Source: Spirochaetota bacterium (GTDB taxonomy: Bacteria > Spirochaetota > UBA4802 > JAFGJZ01). Taken from it: a DNA stretch of 18,875 nt. The notes beneath the pieces are model-generated. The model searched no databases. It had not been told where the DNA came from and saw only the letters and a program-made list of their open reading frames with translations. Of this stretch, positions 8,954 through 16,751 are shown in pieces. Location: NCBI GenBank assembly GCA_016934935.1, contig JAFGRW010000108.1:1-18875 (forward strand). The letters are read 5' to 3'. The position numbers and the translations under genes are program-made. The first letter of the stretch is position 1. Every line of letters begins with the position of its first letter.

Positions 8954-9367
8954 ATGAAAAAGAGAACCAATAATAGAGTGATCATAGTTGTTTTTTTATC
9001 GATTCTTGTCTTGTCCTGCTCCGGATTAAGCACAAAAGAAGAGAGCTATCATAACAACAACTTAAGTGTTTATGTCAGGATAGAAGGTCGCCGGGTTGAC
9101 GAAATGAGCGATAATAGTCTGATTCAGGAACTGGAGAAAAAAGCAAGAAATCGAGCTTTAGGGTTAATGATTATTGTTATAGAAGATAGAATAGCTGATC
9201 ATATTTATAAAGAAAAAATCATATCAAATTTACGCTCATTTGAAATGAAGTCAGAGCTATTGTCATTTACTGTAAATGATTATTATTGTGATGGATATTT
9301 TAAATTTAAAACAAAGGGTTTTGAAGAATCGCTGATCGATTATGAAAGAAAAAATAATATTAAATAA
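8954..9367 (+). CDS. Hypothetical lipoprotein
   Basis: Signal peptide with lipobox-like VLSC followed by SG (MKKRTNNRVIIVVFLSILVLSCSG); no recognisable domain. Confidence 0.6.
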   Translation: MKKRTNNRVIIVVFLSILVLSCSGLSTKEESYHNNNLSVYVRIEGRRVDEMSDNSLIQELEKKARNRALGLMIIVIEDRIADHIYKEKIISNLRSFEMKSELLSFTVNDYYCDGYFKFKTKGFEESLIDYERKNNIK

Positions 9368-10169
9368 AACAGAAGACGATAGTCTGACACTTTACCTTCC
9401 TGAATACGATGAAAATACACATACCATACATGGAGCCTACACCGAAGCGTTAAACAAGCATATTATTCCCTCTGGTATTTGTAATAAGAGTGGAGACTTA
9501 TGCATACTGGATATAGGTTTTGGTCTTGGATATAATATTCTGGCTCTATTGGATAGTTTTTATACTAGATCCTTTAGTTCTTTGCGAATAATAAGTTTTG
9601 AAAAGGAGAAAGGCATAGCAGATTATCTTGACATGGTTGAGTTTAACGATAAACGGGATGATCTTTATGTAATGGTTAAAGATGCTTTTAATAAAGGTTC
9701 ATTTAGTAATGATAAAATAAAAATTGAAATTTGTTTTGGTGACGCACGGCAAAATATAAAAAAAATTAATCTAAAAAACAGTGTAGACGCGGTTTTTCAT
9801 GATCCTCATTCTCCGGGTAAAAACAGCGAACTTTGGACAATTAATTTTTTTAAACATTTACAAGCATGCATGAAAGATGATGCTTACTTAACAACCTATT
9901 CATTTGCACCACAAATTCGTTATGGTTTGGTTAAAGCCGGTTTTTTTGTCGGATCATGGACAGGAAACTGTTTTGAAAAAGAGGGAACTATCGCTTCTAA
10001 AAGTATATTTAAAGATTGTTTCTCTGATGATTATATAAGACTTTTGGAAGCGGATAAAAGATCAACACCATATCTTGATAACGAAACAATGGACCTTGAA
10101 AGAGAAATAATAAGAATCAATCGTATAGAAGCGGCAAAAAAAAGGAAAGAATTAATACAACAAGTTTAA
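9342..10169 (+). CDS. Stand-alone MnmC-type SAM-dependent methyltransferase domain (DUF752; tRNA nm5s2U34 to mnm5s2U34 methyltransferase-like) with no fused FAD oxidase domain
   Basis: N-terminus TEDDSLTLY...HTIHGAYTEAL and the glycine-rich motif ILDIGFGLGYN, followed by FHDPHSPGKNSELWT, match the MnmC methyltransferase-domain pattern (E. coli has DGFAPAKNP-MW); overlaps the upstream gene by 26 nt. Confidence 0.65.
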   Translation: MKEKIILNKTEDDSLTLYLPEYDENTHTIHGAYTEALNKHIIPSGICNKSGDLCILDIGFGLGYNILALLDSFYTRSFSSLRIISFEKEKGIADYLDMVEFNDKRDDLYVMVKDAFNKGSFSNDKIKIEICFGDARQNIKKINLKNSVDAVFHDPHSPGKNSELWTINFFKHLQACMKDDAYLTTYSFAPQIRYGLVKAGFFVGSWTGNCFEKEGTIASKSIFKDCFSDDYIRLLEADKRSTPYLDNETMDLEREIIRINRIEAAKKRKELIQQV

Positions 10170-10215
10170 CAGATGCTGTTTTGAAGATAAAACGAATTAC
10201 ATGACTTAGTTGTTT

Positions 10216-12168
10216 TTAAAGAAAATTTTCTAATTCACTGATTATTGAATCCGATTGTTCGGAAATCTCTGAATCGTTTGGATTAGCTGTTGTGGCGGGA
10301 ATAACCGGTTCTGTTGTTTCTGCCGGAGGTTGCGTTTCACCTGTGGTTGAAGATTCCTGTATCGGAACAGCCTCTTTTGTTATTCTTGACTCAGAAAGAT
10401 CGTTACCGGAAGAGAGTCTGTAAACAAAAGCGTAAGAGAAGTCTATGACTTCAAGAAGTGCCTGATAGATTTTCTTACCTTTAAGTTTTTTATTTCCCTC
10501 AAGTTCATAGTCTAATTCAATTTCCTGTTGCGGATTAATTACAATTTTTTGTTGACCCTCCATATCTTTATGCAGTTCTTCAAAAAGATCAATAATGGCC
10601 TCGAAATAGTTCTTTAGATCATTACGTATATCTCTTGATCTTTTTTTAAGATCGTTTTCCAGTTCAGTTAATCTTTTGCTGTAATGATAATACTGGTTTT
10701 GTGAAATAGGTTTATCTTCCTCTGTTTCATGGTAAAGCTCTGAAGTTGAAAAATACTCCCTGTATTGATTGTCAATATGGCGAATTTTGTTGTACAGTTC
10801 TGACAGTTTTAATCTGTAGTCTGAGCTGTTACGTCGGTCAGACGGAGTGGAAATTTTGATCTTGTTTGTGGTAAACAAGATGGAATACTCCTCATCGAAT
10901 TCGCGGAATAATAAGAAAGATTTGACGATTGGGTCAGACTTGTACTCCGAAATTATGTAATTACTTTTGATAAATTTTTTTGCAAGCTCGTTCCGATTAA
11001 TCTGAGTCATCAATTTCAAGCCGCGTTTGACTTCGTCTGGAACAACAGGAGCACTCTTTTTTTTAATTTCTTCGCGAGCCTGCTCCATCTCTGAACTTAT
11101 TTCCCGTTCCTTTTGCTCTTTGGTTTTTACAGCAAGCTCGGCAGACAATCTGCTTGGACTGTGCGGTTGTCTTGACCCGGGTTTCGTGTCAGCAGTAAGA
11201 CCCAGCATATGGTCAATTATGGATATGTCGTAAAGTGAAACAATTCCGGAGTTAAAAAAACAGAATAGCCAATAAAGTTGCGGGAATAATTTGTTACATA
11301 CTATATTAATGCTCTGTTTTATTTTGCGTTTGTGCTGATTCAGAGAGTCGGGTTTTTTTACTAAAGAACTATGGTGCGAAATAGCTTTTTCGTATGCATT
11401 AATTAATGTGTCCTGAAAGTTGATTATAAGATATATTCGTTTGAAATATTCAGTTAAAGCATGAGCCATCTCGAAAGTCTTGTAATCTTTTTCACCAAAA
11501 GCGATATATTCATCAATAATGTCAGATGTAATTTCTCTGTCGTAAATGTTTGCAGCAAACTCGATTAACTCAAAAAGAAGAGGGCGTTCACGATCAAGTT
11601 TTTCAACTATCTGTTCAGAGATAGCATGACCGGATTTTTTAAAAATATCAAGATATACCAGTTGCAAATCAATTATTGATGGTTTATATATTTGATTAAA
11701 TTTTTTAATAAACGATGATTTAATTTCAAGGCCACTAAAATCGGTAATGCCATGAATTAATAAATTGAATCTGATTCTCAGGAGAGTTAAAAATTTTATT
11801 ACAGGATTTTGTGAAAAATCAGGTCCTTTTGAGGTTAAGGACTGTTTGTTTGAGATGTTTTCGGAGATAATTTTTTTTGTTTTTCTTACTGGTTTTTGCT
11901 GTGCCAGTTTATTTTTGCGTTCCTCACTTTTTTGCAAGAATTCTTTTTGCTTGTTTCTGTCAAAAGTTTTATGACGTCTTGGTTTTGTGTCCTCGACTTT
12001 GCCGCCATGTTCGACAAATTTCTGAAAAATAGCCTTACGCTCTGATTCAGACAATTGACTGGTTTTTATATTATCTCGTGTTTTGTCAAGGTTAGACATT
12101 AGCATACCTGAAAATATGAAATCATAAAAAAAAGGAGTATAATACATTAATAGTAAACAAAAGGACAA
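10216..12168 (-). CDS. Large (650 aa) lysine/glutamate-rich hypothetical protein with no recognisable domain
   Basis: Uninterrupted 1.95-kb ORF with coding-like composition; the start is ambiguous. The first ATG is at 12168; an alternative ATG at 12120 (MSNLDK...) has AGGT 6 nt upstream. Acidic Ser/Glu-rich C-terminal tail. Confidence 0.65.
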   Translation of the reverse strand: MSFCLLLMYYTPFFYDFIFSGMLMSNLDKTRDNIKTSQLSESERKAIFQKFVEHGGKVEDTKPRRHKTFDRNKQKEFLQKSEERKNKLAQQKPVRKTKKIISENISNKQSLTSKGPDFSQNPVIKFLTLLRIRFNLLIHGITDFSGLEIKSSFIKKFNQIYKPSIIDLQLVYLDIFKKSGHAISEQIVEKLDRERPLLFELIEFAANIYDREITSDIIDEYIAFGEKDYKTFEMAHALTEYFKRIYLIINFQDTLINAYEKAISHHSSLVKKPDSLNQHKRKIKQSINIVCNKLFPQLYWLFCFFNSGIVSLYDISIIDHMLGLTADTKPGSRQPHSPSRLSAELAVKTKEQKEREISSEMEQAREEIKKKSAPVVPDEVKRGLKLMTQINRNELAKKFIKSNYIISEYKSDPIVKSFLLFREFDEEYSILFTTNKIKISTPSDRRNSSDYRLKLSELYNKIRHIDNQYREYFSTSELYHETEEDKPISQNQYYHYSKRLTELENDLKKRSRDIRNDLKNYFEAIIDLFEELHKDMEGQQKIVINPQQEIELDYELEGNKKLKGKKIYQALLEVIDFSYAFVYRLSSGNDLSESRITKEAVPIQESSTTGETQPPAETTEPVIPATTANPNDSEISEQSDSIISELENFL

Positions 12169-12194
12169 AAAGTCAATCCATTTTGCGTAATAAG

Positions 12195-12223
12195 ATTATA
12201 AACTTAATGCACGTGCCAAACAA
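12195..12223 (-). promoter_or_regulatory. Putative sigma70-type promoter for the 650-aa orphan gene (minus strand: TTGTTT-N17-TATAAT)
   Basis: Reverse complement of 12195-12200 is TATAAT; reverse complement of 12218-12223 is TTGTTT; the spacer is 17 nt; lies 27 nt upstream of the first ATG. Confidence 0.3.
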
Positions 12224-12249
12224 GAACAAGCTAATAAAAAATCAATTTA

Positions 12250-12717
12250 TTAAAAGCAGTAGCGGACTGAAATTCCGAGTTTATTGCCCCACATTCGCTT
12301 TTTTTTCTCTGAAACTATATTATATAAAGGATGCCAATCAAGAGAAAAATTTATGGGGTAGTCTTTTGCAGAGTACAAAACTCCAAAAATCCCGTCCGGG
12401 CCGAAAACAGTTGGGTCATCTTCTCCCCAGAAACCTATATGGGCACCTCCTCCAAAGAAGAGAAATAAATTTTCAGGAAAAAATTCAGGCCTTATTTGAT
12501 ATTCATAGAGGGCAGAAATTTCGAAACCTTCTTCATTGAAAAGGAAAAGTCCTTCCAGGTAAGAGGGCTCACCTATTTTATAACGGGCTGTAGCACCATA
12601 ATTCCCGTCTTTACCAGCTTCAAGTCTGATACCGGCAGCCAGGTCTGTTTCTTCTGAAAGCAATGTGGTGCAGTAAGTTGAAAGCATTATAAATATGATA
12701 AGTTTAAAACTTCGCAT
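12250..12717 (-). CDS. Small outer-membrane beta-barrel protein (probably 8-stranded, OmpX/OmpW-size)
   Basis: Signal peptide MRSFKLIIFIMLSTYCTTLLS; C-terminal beta-signal with alternating hydrophobic residues ending in Phe (LGISVRYCF); GGAG Shine-Dalgarno upstream; aromatic-rich amphipathic strands. Confidence 0.65.
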   Translation of the reverse strand: MRSFKLIIFIMLSTYCTTLLSEETDLAAGIRLEAGKDGNYGATARYKIGEPSYLEGLFLFNEEGFEISALYEYQIRPEFFPENLFLFFGGGAHIGFWGEDDPTVFGPDGIFGVLYSAKDYPINFSLDWHPLYNIVSEKKKRMWGNKLGISVRYCF

Positions 12718-12889
12718 AATAACTCTCCGATTGAATTGTTGTCGGACAACTAATGATAGAAAAACCTGAAAAAACGCTAATTACATTTGCAGAAATTCTA
12801 ATAATATCTGTTGATCAAAAATGTTAATTAGGTAACAATAGAGAATTTTATTATAAAACCAGTTGATATTTAATTGGAAAGTGTCGAAT

Positions 12890-12918
12890 TTGACAAGTTT
12901 TTTTCAGATCTGTATAAT
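12890..12918 (+). promoter_or_regulatory. Perfect consensus sigma70 promoter TTGACA-N17-TATAAT on the plus strand, antisense to the downstream minus-strand gene
   Basis: TTGACA at 12890-12895, an exactly 17-nt spacer, and TATAAT at 12913-12918; the plus strand has no ATG for ~250 nt downstream. Confidence 0.5.
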
Positions 12919-13038
12919 TCATTGTTGCGTAACTAGATTTGTGAATACCCAAACTGATTAAATATCCAAGATTGCAAAGATATCAATTTATAAATAAGAT
13001 AGTGCATTTTGATCGACCGTTTTAGAGTCTTCGAGTTG

Positions 13039-13350
13039 TTAGCTGTTATTACCATCGGATTTTGAGAGTTCGTCAAGTTTTGCGCTCAATTCATCCAGTT
13101 TAGCTTTTAGCTCGTCGATCTCTTTTTTTGAAGAAGAACCAAAACTGCTTAACGCATCTGATAGACGTTCTTTCGCAGATGATATTTCATCTTTGAATTT
13201 TTTCTGAAAATCTTCTTTACCCTGCTTAACATTTGTTTTGAACTTGTCAAAATCTTCCTGATGCTTCTCTTTGAAAGAATGGGTTTTTTTCTCGATTTCG
13301 TCTCCAGCCGAAATAAATAACTCGCCAATGTCTTTTAAAATATTACTCAT
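13039..13350 (-). CDS. Small phasin-like or apolipoprotein-like helical K/E-rich protein (104 aa)
   Basis: The start is moved to MSNILKDIG because AAGGAG sits 7 nt upstream (minus strand); the track ORF extends to 13425 with no ribosome-binding site; repeats of the form ELKAKLDELSAKLDELSK. Confidence 0.6.
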   Translation of the reverse strand: MSNILKDIGELFISAGDEIEKKTHSFKEKHQEDFDKFKTNVKQGKEDFQKKFKDEISSAKERLSDALSSFGSSSKKEIDELKAKLDELSAKLDELSKSDGNNS

Positions 13351-13581
13351 AATAATCTCCTTTATCGTAACTAACTTAAGAGTATTTATATTTGGAAATA
13401 ATTCAAGATATTTATTAACTTGCAATTAAAAATACGGAATAAAATATGGATTAATTATTCGATAATGGAGCCACTGCTGTTGATTTTATGAAATAAAATT
13501 ATGTTTGCAGATGGATAAGTTATACATTAAAGCTGAGTGATTTAAGATTAATTTTGTATTTATGATAAGGAGTCCTTTGTA

Positions 13582-15066
13582 ATGAGTGAGAAACCGGCTG
13601 ATATAAGAGAACAAAGAATTGAAAAATTAAAGAAAATGCGTGAAAGCGGTGTAAATCCTTACCCTAACCGTTTTGAGCGTAAAGATAAAATTGCTGATGT
13701 AAGAGCGGCTTTTGATGCCGATAAACCTGTTAACGTCGTTGTAGCAGGAAGAATTAAATCCAAAAGGGTCATGGGTAAAGCATCTTTTGGAAATGTTGAG
13801 GATTTTTCGGGTTCAATTCAGTTTTATGCAGCAAGAGATTTAATGGGTGAGGAGGGATATAACCTGTATAAAACTCATGATTTGGGTGATCATGTCGGAA
13901 TAGAAGGTGAGACCTTTTTAACTCAAAAAGGTGAAATGTCTATTAAAGTAAAAAGACTGGTTCTTCTTTCCAAGTGTATACAACCTTTGCCCGTTGTAAA
14001 AGAAAAGGATGGTCAGGTCTTTGATGAGTTTTCAGATACCGAGTTAAAATATAGAAGAAGATATGTCGACTTGATAGTTAATCAAAAAACTCGGAGAGAT
14101 TTTCTTTTACGTAGCCGTATTGTTTCATCTATTAGGCGTTTTCTTGAAACAGATGGTTTTTTAGAAGTAGAGACTCCAATGATGCATTCGGTTGTCAGTG
14201 GTGCTGCCGCTAAACCTTTTATTACACATCACAATACGCTGGATCTTGAACTATATTTAAGAATAGCTCCCGAGCTTTATTTAAAGCGTTTAATTGTGGG
14301 TGGATTTGAACGTGTTTTTGAGATGAATAGAAATTTCCGTAATGAAGGAATAGATACCAGACACAATCCTGAGTTTACTATGGTCGAGATTTACCAGGCT
14401 TATGCTGATTATAAGGATATGATGGATTTAACAGAGCGTCTTTTTACAGGATTGGCAGAAGAGTATTTTGAAAGTACCGAAATACCTTATCAGGGACAGA
14501 CCATAAACCTGAGGGGACCCTGGAGACGGGTAAGGTTTGTAGATGCCATAAAAGAGGTAACAGGATTAGATTTTTCACTTATTAAAACAGCTTCTGAAGC
14601 TGTAGTTGCTGCAAAATCTGTTGGGATAGAAACTGATGAGTCCATGGGAATATGGAAAATCGCTGATGAAGTTTTGGGTGAACGTGTAGAGAAAACGTTT
14701 CAAAACCCGACTTTTTTAATCGATTATCCCAAGGAACTGTCACCATTGTCAAAATCCTTTGAGGATAATCCCGATTATGTTGAAAGATTTGAGCTTTTTA
14801 TAGCGGGTCGGGAAATTGCCAACGCGTTTACTGAGCTGAATGACCCATTTGATCAAAAAGAGAGATTCGAAGGTCAATCTCAAATGCGGGACAAGGGTGA
14901 TGATGAAGCAATGATGGTTGATGATGATTATATAACTGCTCTTGAGTATGGACTTCCTCCAACAGGAGGGTTAGGTATAGGTATTGACAGGCTTGTTATG
15001 CTTTTTGTTGATACTGCATCAATTAAGGATACAATACTTTTTCCTTTGTTAAGACCGGAAGTTTAA
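13582..15066 (+). CDS. lysS: Lysine--tRNA ligase, class II
   Basis: AAGGAG 9 nt upstream; N-terminal OB-fold anticodon-binding region and class II core motifs (FRNEGID..RHNPEFTMVE; GGLGIGIDRLVMLF); 494 aa. Confidence 0.95.
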   Translation: MSEKPADIREQRIEKLKKMRESGVNPYPNRFERKDKIADVRAAFDADKPVNVVVAGRIKSKRVMGKASFGNVEDFSGSIQFYAARDLMGEEGYNLYKTHDLGDHVGIEGETFLTQKGEMSIKVKRLVLLSKCIQPLPVVKEKDGQVFDEFSDTELKYRRRYVDLIVNQKTRRDFLLRSRIVSSIRRFLETDGFLEVETPMMHSVVSGAAAKPFITHHNTLDLELYLRIAPELYLKRLIVGGFERVFEMNRNFRNEGIDTRHNPEFTMVEIYQAYADYKDMMDLTERLFTGLAEEYFESTEIPYQGQTINLRGPWRRVRFVDAIKEVTGLDFSLIKTASEAVVAAKSVGIETDESMGIWKIADEVLGERVEKTFQNPTFLIDYPKELSPLSKSFEDNPDYVERFELFIAGREIANAFTELNDPFDQKERFEGQSQMRDKGDDEAMMVDDDYITALEYGLPPTGGLGIGIDRLVMLFVDTASIKDTILFPLLRPEV

Positions 15067-15124
15067 TTTGATCTGTCATGCCTTATGATTTGTATTATAG
15101 AGGCTTCCTGTCTTGATAAACAAA

Positions 15125-15149
15125 ATAGCCCGAAAGGGTTATTTTTTTT
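15125..15149 (+). terminator. Weak intrinsic terminator after lysS
   Basis: Hairpin ATAGCCC-GAAA-GGGTTAT (GNRA-type loop, one G-U pair) followed by T8. Confidence 0.4.
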
Positions 15150-15231
15150 CATAATGCTTGACAGCAAACCTGTGCGGATTTATTTGAACATCTGTAATGT
15201 TATCAGTTTGTCTTGTTATGAGAGGTTTTGG

Positions 15232-15372
15232 ATGACTATACTGCTTATTGCCGGAGGAAGCCTTCTGGTTGGTTTTGGGATTATTTGTTATTTTCTTTCC
15301 GATAGACGTTCTCTTGAGCGTAAAGATTCTGAAACATGGGAAAATCTTTGGATGAGCCGCTTGGATCGTTGA
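15232..15372 (+). CDS. Candidate 46-aa single-pass membrane micro-protein
   Basis: GAGAGG lies 6 nt upstream of the ATG at 15232; one predicted TM helix (TILLIAGGSLLVGFGIICYFL) and then a charged tail; this is the 3' part of track ORF 15085..15372, whose 5' part runs through the lysS terminator. Confidence 0.3.
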   Translation: MTILLIAGGSLLVGFGIICYFLSDRRSLERKDSETWENLWMSRLDR

Positions 15373-15682
15373 TATTATCCCGATTTTTCTGTACACTGCT
15401 GTTTAACCACTTTTCAATATTTTATCTTGATAAAAAAATCAGATCTACACCAAGGGGACTTTGAAATTTACATTAGCTAAATATTCTGTCATTTGATAAT
15501 TTTCAGCTAACTCTTTCGAAGTTCCCTTTTGGTTTTATCAATGTTTTTAAAAATATCCATATCAATTGCCCCTTCCCTCTTAACAGATGCAGTAGTTAGC
15601 AATTTTTAGGGCAAGTATTGTTAATTAATATTTGACTGACTCCATGATTATATGTTATCTGATAGTTATTCACTAAAAAAAA

Positions 15683-15707
15683 GGATCGCTGCTAATCTAT
15701 TCGATCC
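15683..15707 (+). promoter_or_regulatory. Inverted repeat GGATCG-N13-CGATCC in the leader of the SPFH gene, immediately upstream of its ribosome-binding site; possible operator or leader hairpin
   Basis: Perfect 6-bp arms at 15683-15688 and 15702-15707; the ribosome-binding site AGGAG is at 15724-15728. Confidence 0.3.
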
Positions 15708-15734
15708 GCTATCTGAATAAATCAGGAGAATAAA

Positions 15735-16751
15735 ATGGGACTATGGGATAAGGCAAAAGGGCAATTACGTTCGGTAATTGAATGGAATAATCCGTCTGAA
15801 GACATTATTTTTTATCGATGGAGTTCTGATGGAGATGAGATTAAAAATGCATCAAAGCTGATAGTTAACCCCGGACAAGGGTGTATTTTTGTATATGAGG
15901 GTAAAGTAGAGGCATTTTTTGAAGAAGAAGGTATTGTTGAGCTTAAAACAGCAAATATACCTTTCTGGACAACAATCAGCAAGTTTATGCAAAAGTTTGA
16001 AAGTGAACATAAGGTTGGTATCTATTTTTATAAGAAAACACAGATTCTTAACCAAAAATGGGGAACTCCCAGTGTGATAAAATATATGGATCCAAAATAT
16101 AATTTTGAAGTTGGATTGCGTGCATATGGAAATTACGCCTTTCAAATCAATGACCCCGGACATTTCTTTTGCAATATTATGGGTGTAGGCACAGAGTACA
16201 CAACAGCTCAATTTCGTGATGTTATGGGCTCTAAGATTATAGAGCCGTTGACAGACTATTTTGCCGAGGCAGGATTCGGTTATTCTGATATAGATAAAGA
16301 GCGACAGGAGATATCTGCAGGAATTAAAGAGCGACTGCTTAAAGAATTTTCTGATCTTGGTTTTGAAATTATCGATTTTAAAATCGAAGGAACAAGTTTT
16401 GATGATAATACAATGAAACGTATTAATCGCATAGCTGATATGACTGCAGAAGCAGAGGCTTTAAAGCGTGTTGGTATGAACTATGCGGATCAGCAAAAGC
16501 TCGAAGCTATGAAACTTGCTGCTCAAAATGAGGGCGGTGGTGCCGGACTTGGTATGGGCATGGGTGCAGGAATGGGCATGGGACAGATGATGGCCGGTAT
16601 GATGGGAAGTCAGCAGTCTTCGTCTCAGGTTTCAAATGATTCAGCTGACCCGACTGCTAAGTTGAAGAAATTAAAAGAGATGATGGATATGGAGCTTATT
16701 TCGAAAGAAGAATTTGAACAAAAGAAAAAAGAGATTCTTGGTTCATTATAA
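15735..16751 (+). CDS. SPFH-domain protein of the YdjI / Band_7_1 type with a Gly/Met-rich low-complexity linker and a C-terminal SHOCT domain
   Basis: CAGGAG 8 nt upstream; N-terminus MGLWDKAKGQLRSVIEWNNPSEDIIFYRW..GQGCIFVYEGK is characteristic of that family; linker GGGAGLGMGMGAGMGMGQMMAGMMG; C-terminal KLKKLKEMMDMELISKEEFEQKKKEILG matches the SHOCT pattern. Confidence 0.75.
   Translation: MGLWDKAKGQLRSVIEWNNPSEDIIFYRWSSDGDEIKNASKLIVNPGQGCIFVYEGKVEAFFEEEGIVELKTANIPFWTTISKFMQKFESEHKVGIYFYKKTQILNQKWGTPSVIKYMDPKYNFEVGLRAYGNYAFQINDPGHFFCNIMGVGTEYTTAQFRDVMGSKIIEPLTDYFAEAGFGYSDIDKERQEISAGIKERLLKEFSDLGFEIIDFKIEGTSFDDNTMKRINRIADMTAEAEALKRVGMNYADQQKLEAMKLAAQNEGGGAGLGMGMGAGMGMGQMMAGMMGSQQSSSQVSNDSADPTAKLKKLKEMMDMELISKEEFEQKKKEILGSL

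Noticed and set aside
10220-10231. Perfect 12-nt palindrome AGAAAATTTTCT at the junction of the convergent genes, considered as a bidirectional terminator
   Set aside because: It is A/T-only, so a negligible stem. It also lies inside the last codons of the minus-strand gene. No convincing terminator is visible in the 46-nt convergent gap.
12183-12539. 118-aa plus-strand ORF
   Set aside because: Lies entirely antisense to the well-supported outer-membrane barrel gene (signal peptide plus beta-signal). It has no ribosome-binding site and a lysine/asparagine-rich composition typical of a shadow ORF in AT-rich DNA.
15085-15372. 95-aa plus-strand ORF as drawn in the track
   Set aside because: Its 5' third encodes through the lysS terminator hairpin and T8 run (codons for NSPKGLFFF). 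Only the 3' 46-aa part, which has a strong ribosome-binding site, was kept as a low-confidence micro-protein.
15139-15396. 85-aa minus-strand ORF
   Set aside because: Antisense to the terminator and micro-protein region, with no ribosome-binding site or recognisable features; likely spurious.
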